DNA from: Gracilinanus agilis
Lineage: Eukaryota
Assembly: GCF_016433145.1 (NCBI RefSeq)
Contig: NC_058131.1
Location: 602,456,185-602,520,184 of the forward strand
Length of the DNA stretch: 64,000 nt
Direction of reading: 5' to 3'
The stretch's first letter is position 1. The number at the start of each line of letters is the position of its first letter. The notes beneath the pieces were generated by a model. It did not search any database and was not told where the DNA came from. It worked only from the letters and a program-made list of their open reading frames with translations. This document shows positions 12,451 through 23,520 of the stretch, piece after piece. The position numbers and the translations under genes were made by a program.

Positions 12451-12989
12451 ATTTCAGAAGGATACACTGATTCTCAATACCGTGTGGTTTTTCCCCCCCA
12501 CTGTACCCTGCAGCCTCTCAGTATCCTTCTAATCTCATGCAATTGCTATGACAATCTAATGAAATATTGGTGAATGCACAAAGAATAGACCCTGTGGAGA
12601 AGTCGGTGTTTGTTATTTTTTTATTTCCAAGTGTGTTTTTAAAAAGAAATTTAGTTTATCCTTGAATCATACCATCTGTTGTCTTCTGAACTAAATGACC
12701 ACTTTGAAATAGGAATAGAAGAAAAGGCAATATTAAACCTCTAGTGATAGTCAAGGGGGAGGCTCATCACAAAACACGGGGGCCATATGTTATTGTGCCT
12801 AGACCGTGCTGTCAGTAATGCTGACTTCAACTCCAGATTTGGTTAAGCAAAGGGGTTAAGCAAAACAACAACAATAACAGATAAAACATGATTGAAACTA
12901 AGCAGTATGATTCATTCAGCCAGTCAGTCAGCCAGTTAACATCAATTTACTTCTTTACAACTAGCACTTATTATGTTTACTATGAAGCC

Positions 12990-13245
12990 AAGATAGAATG
13001 CCAGATAGAATGTCAGGCCAGGAGTCAGAAAGACTCATCTTTCTGAGTTCAAATCTGGTCTCAGATATTTAATAGCTGTGTGACCCTGAGCAAGTAAATT
13101 TTACCCTGTTTGATTCAGTTTCCTCATCTTGAAAATGAGCTGGAGAAGGAAATGGCAAATCACTCTAGTATCTTTGCCAAGAAAACCCCAAATGGAGTCA
13201 CAAAGAGTCAAACATGACTGAAACAACTGAACAACAATGACAACA
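12990..13245 (+). mobile_element. Mar1 CORE-RTE SINE
   Basis: ccaggagtcagaagactcatc...ggagaaggaaatggcaaatcactctagtatctttgccaagaaaacccc...actgaacaacaa. Confidence 0.88.
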
Positions 13246-14099
13246 AAGCAGAGAAAATGTGAAGAGGCAAAGATCTAAGCCTGAGGTTTCTCAATGATTT
13301 CTTAGACAACCAGCATCAGAGTTGGAGGCCAAAGGGTTAATGTTCTATGGCTACTAAATGTATTCTAAAGGGTAAGAGTTCTATGGAATCTAAATTTAAA
13401 GTGTTACAGTAGTTATGCAGACAATAGCTCGAGGACTTCTACTGATTTGTACACTAAAGCAGTTCAGACATCTTTTTGGGGAGCCATATTGAGCCAGAGA
13501 ATTCCCTCTGATCTTAGACATCTCTGCAAGTTATCTTACAGTCAGCATCCTCTAGTCAAGCTCAGGCAACATGTTCCTGGATGTTCCATGGGTTCCATCC
13601 ATTCCATGGTGGAGAAGTCCAGAAGAGAAGTTTAGACTAGGGTTTGGATACTTGGCTCTTCTTACTGCTTCTGTCTCCTTCCCTAAAATTGTGTAGGAGT
13701 AGGAGTCTGTTAGGTGTCTAATTTCTATGCAGATTTCCTGAAGGTAATAGAATGGCATGGAAAAGGACAAATTCTGATTATCCCACAAGCCTCTAAGCAA
13801 ATGCTCAGATGTCCTCTGGAAAATAAGGGAGTTGTATGTCAGTCTTAGTCATGAAATATACCTTTGGCTTCCATAGAATTAAAGGATCTTAAGTCATTTG
13901 GTCCAACCCTATGCTTTGCCTCCATTTCCTGCAGGTATAAGACTAAACAATACAAAACAGACATTTTCAGCATCCTTGCTATTTTTCCTCAAGGAAACTA
14001 TTTGAATCTGAGAATCTCAAAGTCAGAAAGGACCATTGAAGTCATCTCTAGCAGTTAGCATAGTGCACATAAGTGTTTAATCCGTGCCTCAAGTCCCAC

Positions 14100-14680
14100 C
14101 ACACTCCACTCTATGCTCCTTATGTCTGCCAAAGCAGTTTTTTTTAAACGACAAGTTTTATTATGTCATTCCCCTCCTCTATAAACTCCACTGGTTCTCT
14201 ATTACCTCGAGGCTCAAAAATAAATTCCTGTGTCTGGCATAGAAAGTGCTTAAAAACTTGGTACTTTCATATCTTTCTGTTTTTTTTTTTAAATTTTAAC
14301 CACTATATGGTCTTCACATACTATAAGACCTGGCCATACTGTACTACTTGCTATTCCTCACTGGAAACATTCCATCTTTCATTTTAGTGCTTTTGCACTG
14401 GTTACTGCCAATACCTGGAATGTTCTTGTCCTACTTCTTAGTGTCTTTAAAAACTATACTTATGGGATCATTTCTTCAAGATGGCCTTTCTTGTCCTCCC
14501 ACTTCGTAGTGCCTTTTCCTCTAAGGCTTCTTTTTGCTCATTCGACAAGTATCTTGCATGTACTGATTTGTGTTCATATTGTCTTCTTCCATTAAAATGT
14601 AAGTACCTTGAGGACAAAACTATTTTTGCTTTTTATTCATATCTAAATAATGTCTAGCACTTATTAAACACGTGTTGATT
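14100..14680 (+). mobile_element. L2 3' end
   Basis: Typical L2 tail (aaaatgtaagtaccttgaggacaaaact...tctagcacttattaaacacgtgttgatt). Confidence 0.65.
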
Positions 14681-15229
14681 TATTAGTACAAGTGTACAAC
14701 TGAAAACTTCCTTTTCCTACTTGATTATGAAAAGCTTTTGAATTAATCATTATCTGTTAACATTCTAAACATGTTTAGTAAAGGACATTTTTGAGGGGGG
14801 ATGGTCTTCGACTTTATTACTCTAGAAAATTACCACATAATATCCTTAGCATTTAGTATAGTTAACTCCTGATCTTCCTTATTACTAAGGATTAGCGTCA
14901 TAAAGTAAATAGTGCACTAGATTGGGAGATAAGAACACTGTCTTTTTCTCTATAGCTTTATTACTTATTACCTCTGTGATATGGAATTATTTATTTTTTC
15001 TGGGTCTCACTGGCTTCATCTATAAAATGAGAAGTTTGCACCAGATATCTCTAAGATCCTTTCCAATTCTCAGTTCATGATTCTATGGCCCTAGACTTAA
15101 TGGAGGTTTGGCACTTACTAAAATCCAATTGGTTTTCTAGAATAAACATGAAAACAAAAGACCCAGGCCCATTTTTTAGGAACCAAATAAGCTCAGCAAA
15201 GAAAGACCCTACAGCTCTTCCCCTTACAG

Positions 15230-15550
15230 CATGGTTTTCACCCTGGAAGCTGTTAGTGAAGGAATCATCTTAATCCCTCAGATGCAAGTGCAGCCAAGGC
15301 CAGTGCTGACTTAGGCCCCTTGGAAGCTGCTGACTGTACCAGGCATGTAACCAATGGGAAAAGGTTCTTCCCAGACACAGAGTAGGCTAACCAGAGCCAG
15401 TTATAGACCGTCTTTGCACACTACACAATTCTCCCAGAAGCAGCTCTCTAGCACAGCACCATCTTAGCAAACTGATGGAATATGCACACGTGCCAGACTC
15501 CCATTACATAAGATTGTAAAGACTAAATAAAAGTTGTTATTCCACTTTTT
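15230..15550 (+). other. Candidate 3'-terminal exon (MVFTLEAVSEGIILIPQMQVQPRPVLT*, stop 15312-15314) with poly(A) signal
   Basis: Acceptor ctcttccccttacag|; AATAAA at 15526-15531 followed by GU/U-rich sequence. Could instead be an old LTR remnant. Confidence 0.28.
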
Positions 15551-15559
15551 TTGTTTTCT

Positions 15560-16280
15560 GTCATCTCATCTACTTTAAGCAATAGTTCTGGCTGCTTTGT
15601 GATCTTCCTTTTGCCTGTAACTTTGCTTAAAAAAACATTTCTATTATTAGCACTCATTGTTAGCATCAACTGAATTTATATTTTAGCATTCCTAACACGA
15701 GTCTTATGAGGCTTTGGGTCTCTTTTGTATTCATTCTCAATTATGTGCTCTTATAGCCTTGTTCTGCATATTTCTTTTAAAATTTGTTAGTGAATTCCTT
15801 GCTGATTGGTATTAGTCTCTTTGGACTGGGACCCCTTTTCTTCCCTGTTGTGATCATTCATATTTGTTTCATCAGAAATATGTTCTTAGGAGAATCCCAT
15901 CCTTCTTGGGCCAACCACCTTGTCCAATTTTTATCTTTCCTAACCTTTCTCTGAACTCTTTGAAATCCAGTTTTCTAAAATCAAAAGTGAGCAACAACTC
16001 CATTGTTCAATGTTTATTTTTTCCTATGCTTCTCATCATTTCTACCTTACATGACTGGCTCTTTCTTATTGGCCAGAACTGGACTAGTGTAATGTTGGCC
16101 CTGTTCACTTTCTCCACTTTTTGAAAGATTAAATTATTATTAAGGCAAAAAAAGTAATTCACTACCTGCTTTTTTGTTAAAGCAGAGGGTGAATCTATCA
16201 GATTTCTGTATAGTTGAAAACCCCCATTACTATTATCACATATGTCCATGCTATGTCTCTTTCCTTAAGCCCACTCTTTT
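15560..16280 (-). mobile_element. L3/CR1 ORF2 endonuclease-domain fragment
   Basis: Minus-strand translations VMGVFNY (GDFN motif) and FFCLNNNLIFQKVEKVNRANITL...VEMMRSIGKNKH resemble CR1 EN (FL..L.DNF..QKVEEPTRG...LG.SDH). Confidence 0.8.
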
Positions 16281-17095
16281 GAATGCCATATCACATTGTT
16301 GATTCCTTGTGAGTTGAGACCACTAAAATCCTCTAATTATTTTCATATTATTGTCTAGTTATGCCTCCCCCATCCTACATTCTTTTATTTTTGGACATTT
16401 TTTTTAATCCAAGTGTAGGACTTTATACTTATCCCTATTATGTATCATGTTATTAGATTTGGTTCAACATTCTAGCCTGTCAAGCTCTTTTTGGATCCTG
16501 AATTAACCATCCAATAAGTGATTTGTCTCTCTCAATACAAAATGCAAACCTGACAAGGATATTATTTATGCCTTTGACCAAGGCATTGTTAGAAATGTGA
16601 AACAGAAATCATATAAGGAAAAGTCCCCTAAAGCACCCAACTATTGCCCTCCCACTATACTGACATTGACCTACTTACAACCCTTTGAGTCCAGCAATTG
16701 AACAAGTCCTCAATGCAACTATGTTTTCCTAAGTATATATATATATATANNNNNNNNNNNNNNNNNNNNNNNNNNNNNNNNNNNNNNNNNNNNNNNNNNN
16801 NNNNNNNNNNNNNNNNNNNNNNNNNNNNNNNNNNNNNNNNNNNNNNNNNNNNNNNNNNNNNNNNNNNNNNNNNNNNNNNNNNNNNNNNNNNNNNNNNNNN
16901 NNNNNNNNNNNNNNNNNNNNNNNNNNNNNNNNNNNNNNNNNNNNNNNNNNNNNNNNNNNNNNNNNNNNNNNNNNNNNNNNNNNNNNNNNNNNNNNNNNNN
17001 NNNNNNNNNNNNNNNNNNNNNNNNNNNNNNNNNNNNNNNNNNNNNNNNNNNNNNNNNNNNNNNNNNNNNNNNNNNNNNNNNNNNNNNTGTTTTCC

Positions 17096-17155
<60 letters not shown>

Positions 17156-17460
17156 TACATATATATGTTAGATGTTACATCTAAGTATATATTTATGTGT
17201 AAATATACATACCTAACATATATTATTATTATTATGTAACCAATATGTCTTCATCTGGTCCATAAGGAAAACATGAGACTATCAAATGCTTTGCTGAAAT
17301 CTACTTATGGTCTATCAATGATATTTCTCTGATTAATGATTACAATTATTCTCTCAAAAATGATATACTGTTATCCTGGAATGACTTGTCCTTATATTAC
17401 TGCCCTTTCTAAAAACATACAAGTAATCTCTTTATAAATACATCTTAGAATGTTTCTATT
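16280..17460 (-). mobile_element. L3/CR1 RT-domain fragment, interrupted by (TA)n and a gap
   Basis: Antisense CR1 RT sequence (ccaagtgtaggactttatacttatccctatt...tagcctgtcaagctctttttggatcctg). Confidence 0.8.
16750..17087. other. Assembly gap flanked by a (TA)n microsatellite
   Basis: N run with TA repeats on both sides (16735-16749, ~17097-17170). Confidence 0.99.
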
Positions 17461-17899
17461 CCCACATATAGAATGATGAGACCTGAAGTTCTATGAGGGT
17501 CCAAAACAGAGGACTGGACCTCTTCAAACCTCCTTTTCCAGACAGTTACCTGGAAGGAGACACCTAGATTCTATCCTAGTTCTTATGGACAAGGTCAGCC
17601 TTCCACAGATGGATGGGGTAGTTTCCTTACAAGTTGTGTCATGACAGACAAGATTCTCTCCTTCAAAAATATTTCCATCTCAGCCTGTCACTGACTCCTT
17701 GAATGTAGCAGGCACTTAATAACTCATTAGTGAATGAATAAATGAATGCCTGGAATTCTAATATTAGAATCAACTGTATGTTTCCCTACAACCCTCTGGT
17801 ATGTAAAGTTCTTGGAGAGAGGGATGTGTTCATTTTCTCTTTGTAGTCACAAATACAAGGAAAACTGGAAATGCATAGTGCCTGGCACAAATTAAATGC

Positions 17900-19320
17900 T
17901 CATTGAACTGAGTCATAGAATAGAGATCTCATCCATCTCCTTCATTTCACAGATGAAGAAACTGAAGACTAGAGAACTAAAGTGACTTGTTCAGGCTTAG
18001 ATAAGCTCATAGGCTTAGATTTATAGCTGCCTTAGAGACAGCTACTTGATGCAGTTAGGGAGACGGACGTGGATTCAGAAAGATCTAAGTCTAAACCCAA
18101 CCTCAGACATGAACTGCGTGACCTTGGGTAAGCCATTAACCTTAAGGCACAATGTAAATGTTAGCTATTATTATCTATCCCTTTTGTTGTTTTTCAATCA
18201 TGTCCAACTCTTCATGGCTCTATTTGGGATTTTCTTGGCAAAGAGACTGGATGGTTTGTCATTTCCTTCTCCAGCTCATTTGGCAGATGAAGAACTGAAG
18301 CAGACAGGATTAAGAGACTTCCCCAAGGTAACAAAACTAGTAAGTGCATGAGGCCAGATTTTAACTCAGGTCTGTCCACTCTACCAATTAACTATGACCT
18401 TCATTATAAAGATGAGGAAACTGAGGCTCAAAAAGTTTAGATGAGTTCCTTAAGGACAATAGACAGTAATGACAGTATTGGAAGCAAAGCTCTGAGTCAT
18501 ATCTAGAATCTAGGACCTCTGCTCCTTAAGTCAATTCCTCTTTCTTCCAGAAATTTGTTCCTTTTAGCTCCTTTAAGATTTAGTTCTTGTTAAAGTACAA
18601 ATTCTCCTGAGATGAATAAGTAAGTTGGTAAGCCTTTGCCTGAATCAGTTTAGCAGCCCTTTCCCAATCTGACAGTGAGCTCAGAACAGTTTCCTATCAA
18701 ATGAGATACCTACTAGGTGAGTATGGACAGGGAATCTGGTAGAAAAGTAAGCTCAGAGTCAAGCTGCCAGGGACTAAAATAATGACTCTGAGGGGAGAAA
18801 GGTGAGTGGAATTTAAGTAGGGTTTTAAATCACAATTCACAATAATAAAACTCATATATTTATGATGCTTTTAGTTTCTGAAGCATCTTTCTCATAGCAG
18901 CTCTATGAGGTAGATAATCCAGACTTTTGTTGTTCAATTATTCCAACTCTTCATGACCCTGTGGGCCATATTGTCTGTGAAATTTTCTTTGTAAAATTAC
19001 TACAGTGGTTTGCCATCTCTTTCTCCAGTTCATTTTATAGATGAGAAGACTGAGGCAACAGGGCTAAGTGATTTGTTTAGCATCACACAGCTAGTAAATG
19101 TCCAAGGTCAGATTTGAACTCAGGTCTTCCTGACTCCAAGCTCAGCACTCTATCCATTGAGACATCTAGCTGCCTCAGTTTAATATTATTAGTATGCCTA
19201 TTTTCAGATAAGAAAACCAAGGCTTGGAAAAATGAAGTGATTTGCTTATGGCCACACAACTTGCTATTAGGAAAGTCAGGATCTGAACCCAGATCATCTG
19301 TTTCTAAGCCATGTCCTTTC
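17900..19320. mobile_element. Cluster of MIR/MIR3 fragments and two minus-strand Mar1 SINEs (~18170-18375, ~18925-19175)
   Basis: Repeated CORE motif (cagatgaagaaactga/gaggaaactgaggc) and RTE tails (ttcttggcaaagagactgg). Confidence 0.75.
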
Positions 19321-19394
19321 CAATATCCCTTTTAACCTCTCTTTAAAGTTAAGATTAAAAACTGATGAGCATAGAGGAGGGGCAAGACGAACAG

Positions 19395-19930
19395 AGTTGG
19401 TTTTTGTTTATTTTGTTAAAATAAGTGACATTGATGTCATTTCATCTTATATCACAGTTTGCAGATATGCCTCCCCTAGCCTATATTCTCATCTCTTACT
19501 GTTTTTTAGCTCTGCTTATAACAAAGAAAAAATAGTTAAACCATACCAACTCACACAGCAACTTTGTCTGAAAATCTGATGGTTTATTCCACCTTCTTCA
19601 CCTGTGCTAACCTACATCTGTACTGAAATTAGGTAGGTGTCTTTCATCTCTTCTCTGGGACCAAGATTGGTAACTATGAATTCTCAGAATTGTTTGTCTT
19701 TTCATATTTTTCTTTTTCCACCTTATTGTATTCATTTTCTGTATTGTCCTGATTCTCTTTACTTCAGCCTACATGGGTTCATACAAGTTTTCCCAGGATC
19801 CTCTGAAGCCCCAGATTTATTATTCCTTATGGCATTATAACATTCATGTACAACAGTTTGTATAGCCAGTCCCCTAGAAATGGGCACCTACTTTCCTGGA
19901 TTTCATTTCTTTGCAATAGCAAAAGAGACT
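19395..19930 (-). mobile_element. Old L1 3'-end fragment
   Basis: Antisense L1 3' region (ggttcatacaagttttcccagg...gccagtcccctagaaatgggcacc...ttctttgcaatagcaaaag). Confidence 0.65.
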
Positions 19931-20339
19931 CTTTTTCCTCCAAAAAAAGGGGGACCTTTTATTCCTCTATTTGACTTCTTTGATGTATATGCTTCAAAGT
20001 GGGACCAGAGCTCTACAGTAGTCTTATCAGTGGGTCAGTCTTCCCATAACCCCTCCAACACTGACCATTTCTGTGCTGTATTATCTGTACCAATTCCCTG
20101 GGTGTGCGCTATTCTTTTAACATGCAATTCTGGAATTTTTCTATTGCAGGTGATAGCTCACCATCCTTTTGGAAAGCTGTTTGTTCCTATCCTGGGTCAT
20201 ATGTCTCTTGGGGAGTATATATTTGTATCAATTCTCTATATAATTGGGATATCAGATTTATTTTCAGAAAATAAACAATTTTGCCAGGGACTACGTTGCC
20301 AGTACTAGAGAAATACAGAGGTGACTCAGAGACAAGCCC

Positions 20340-20600
20340 AGGCTTTGGCTTGTAAATCAGGATGCAGAAAAAAGCGTGCTAACATGGCCCAAGAAAATAA
20401 AATCCAGCCAATGAAACCTCTAAGGGAAACGCTGCGGCTAGTGGTTATGCATAGCTTTACTGCCACCTAGAGGTTTGAGTGGGTTTGTCACCTCTACTGT
20501 CCTGAAATTGAACATGAAATCAATTAGGTCCTAAGTGTGAATCCTCCCTACCAGGTGAGACCTCTCCTGTCATGTTCCTGACGCAATATGTCTTCTGTTT
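20340..20600 (+). promoter_or_regulatory. Promoter/enhancer-like segment
   Basis: Retained CpGs, CCAAT (20408-20412), CTCF-like motif, donor CAG|gtgaga after 20554, and TGACGCAAT (20579-20587). Motif evidence only. Confidence 0.35.
20458..20476 (-). promoter_or_regulatory. CTCF-like motif
   Basis: Minus strand AAACCTCTAGGTGGCAGTA fits the core CCNCNAGRKGGCRS. Confidence 0.55.
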
Positions 20601-20604
20601 TTTT

Positions 20605-20643
20605 GTTTGTTTGTTTGTTTGTTTATTTTGTGTGTGTGTGTGT

Positions 20644-20683
<40 letters not shown>
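20605..20683. repeat. (GTTT)n plus (TG)n microsatellite
   Basis: Directly visible. Confidence 0.95.
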
Positions 20684-20684
<1 letters not shown>

Positions 20685-21244
20685 CAAAACTGGGATGCTT
20701 TTCTATTAGGATCTGTGTCACAAAAAGGCTAGAATCAGGAAATGGGTCCAATCATGCCTCTGTTATCAGTTGTGTGACCATAGGCAAATTACTTAACATT
20801 TACCTCAGCCTCAGTTTCCTCATCTGTAAAATAGCATTTAAAATACTTATAGGACTAACATCACAAAGTTTTAGTGTTAGTAAGGTTGTTTTTATTTGAA
20901 TCCTTTTTAAATTGACCAGTTGGGCAGTACAACACAAACTGATTCTCTCTCTCCAGAAGGGAGAGAGATTTTTATGGCTCTTGAGAAGAAAGACAAGATA
21001 AAACATCATGTATGTAGGTTGCTTTGCTTACTTTAGAGTGCTTTGTAAGTGTAATTATTATTGGTGTTGTGAAGGGTTAAATTTTTGGGGTAGGAGTTTG
21101 AACAAAAGTCAGGAGAGCAAATTCGTGAGTACAAAATGTTTAGATTATTATTAGGAAAATATGGATAGGAAATATAAAGGAAGAAAGTGAGAGTAATCTT
21201 ATAATAGATTATAACTTCTCTTAATAGTGTTAAGTGTTTTTCAC

Positions 21245-21443
21245 TTAACACCGAGGTTTTCTTGGCAAAGACACTGGAGTGGTTTCCCATTTCTTTTTCC
21301 AGTTCATTTTAAAAATGAGGAAGGCACACAAACAGGGTTAAGACTTGCCCAGGGTCACACTGCTAGTAAGTGTCTGTGGCCAGATTTGAACTCAGGAAGA
21401 TGAGACTTCCAGGCTCCAGGTTCACTGTGCCACCTACCTGCCC
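21245..21443 (-). mobile_element. Mar1 CORE-RTE SINE
   Basis: ttcttggcaaagacactggagtgg...gatttgaactcaggaagatgag...ctgtgccacctacctgcc. Confidence 0.88.
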
Positions 21444-21632
21444 ATAATTATTGCAATATTGTTAACATAATATTGTGGTCTCGATAGAAGACAAGGTCAG
21501 GAGGTATGAATTATGGTCCCAGGTATACTAATAACTACTGTCTGGCCATGAGCAAATTACTTTATATCCCTGGGCTTTAGTTTTCTCATCTGTAAAATGG
21601 GTGCTCTGAAAAAAAAAAGATAGGTTAGACTT
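21383..21632 (+). repeat. Left arm of near-perfect inverted duplication
   Basis: Reverse complement of 23260-23520 except for 2 substitutions and the homopolymer length (A10 versus T22). Confidence 0.95.
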
Positions 21633-23259
21633 TATTTATCTAGAAGATTGAGTAGAACCACCTCTGAATCTTTTAAACTTATATTCCAAACCTTCCTGGA
21701 GAGTGGATCTAGCTTCAGTACTCCAGAGGCCAAAGCCTCCATAACTTTAAAAAAAAATTCCTCTAACTAAGATTTCTCTAAATCCCAATGTACTATTTAT
21801 CAAAAGAAAAATCCTTTTTTATCCTTTCAAATTCTTTGCTCTCAATGTCTGCCTTTTCCTCAGAGGTAGATAAGACAACAACAATGAAGGAACAATCCAA
21901 GGTGTAAAGATATGCAACATTTTGAGAATGGTCAACTTGAATTTTAATTCCAACTCTCCCCCTTAGTAGTTACGTGACCTTAGGTATGTTATATCATTTT
22001 TCTGGACTTTGATTTCCTCATTTAGAAAATGAGAAGTAGGAACTAGATAATCTCTAATGTTTCTTTCACTTTTATCCTTCTTTGGTTATTTGAAGGTCCT
22101 GAGAAATTCAGTCATTAAAATCATTTTACCTCCACAGATTACTCTCCAAGGAGCCTCTTCCAGGCTTTCATTCCCAACAGATACCTATTCCAGGAATATT
22201 CCCTGATGGATTTGCACTAAATAATCAGAACCCCTCAGAGTTACAAGGAACTTTAGTGGCATCAAATTCAAGCCAGAATCGATCTCTTTCTCACCTGTAA
22301 CTGGTCATCCAACCACTTTGGGGTAGAAAGGAAGTTTTTGTCTTTGTTTTTGTTTCACATCAAGCCCTCATCTTCCTATCTGCTTCTTTTTTATCCATTG
22401 CTACTAATTCATACCATTGTCATCAAGCCAAACAAGTCTAAACTCCTTTCCACATGACTATCTGCCAAATGCTCGAACATTTTTATCATGATCTCACCTC
22501 TCCCCAACCCAGAATCTTTTCCTCAAATTAAAAATCCTCAGTTACTATAATCCTTTAGTAATTATTCTTCGTAAGAGCAAATACTCAGTGATATAAACTT
22601 TGAGAAAATCTAAGCTCCCTAATAACAATTTGTAAAGGAAGCCAACAGGATATAATAGCTTTAAAGAGGAAGTATAGAATGATCTCTCCACAGGTGGCAT
22701 GGGCATGGTCCTTTCAGAAGACACTGATAAATTGTATTTCACAAATCCCTTTATGCCTTAAGCTTCAATGATTCAGCGACTTTAAGGGTGAAAAATTGGG
22801 CAAATTGTTGTTTTGAATCAATAGGTCAGATGTTGTCACTACATCTTTGACTAGACTAATATTGGAAGGCTGGCAAAAGGCTCAGATTAGGAAGGATAGT
22901 AAGGATTTTTCAAAGGTGGAATTATTATATTTAAACTATCACTTAAGAATATGAAGCATATGCACTAGCAAAAGACAAATTGTGTTTGGAAATTTATCCA
23001 TACATTTTTGTTCCCCTGATTTTCATGGAAATGTTTCATTGCTCTTCCCTGCTGTCTGAATTACATTTGTGTGGTAAGCAGAGCCTGACCTTTCAAATTT
23101 ATTTTTTGGCCTGCTGGGAATTTCTCCAGATTATTGGGAAACTAGTTGGGAGTGCTAAATTTTACATGAGATTATTTATGTCCACACAGATTCAAAGGAT
23201 AGGATTTAAAGCTAGAAGATCTTTAAAATACAGAGTTGGAGAAGATCTTAGAGACCATC

Positions 23260-23520
23260 AAGTCTAACCTATCTTTTTTTTTTTTTTTTTTTTTTAGAGC
23301 ACCCATTTTACAGATGAGAAAACTAAAGCCCAGGGATATAAAGTAATTTGCTCATGGCCAGACAGTAGTTATTAGTATACCTGGGACCATAATTCATACC
23401 TCCTGACCTTGTCTTCTATCGAGACCACAATATTATGTTAACAATATTGCAATAATTATGGGCAGGTAGGTGGCACAGTGAACCTGGAGCCTGGAAGACT
23501 CATCTTCCTGAGTTCAAATC
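23260..23520 (-). repeat. Right arm of near-perfect inverted duplication
   Basis: See 21383-21632; aligned base by base. Confidence 0.95.

Noticed and set aside
16698-17171. ORFs of 145-157 aa
   Set aside because: They span the N gap and (TA)n repeats.
19357-19395. CTGATGA...CGAAC hammerhead-like core
   Set aside because: GAAA is absent and stems I-III cannot be formed.
19395-19930. This L1 3' end as the missing part of the L1 at 23521
   Set aside because: It looks more diverged by eye, about 170 nt of consensus would be missing, and the intervening Mar1-to-arm continuity argues against a simple split. Not fully excluded.
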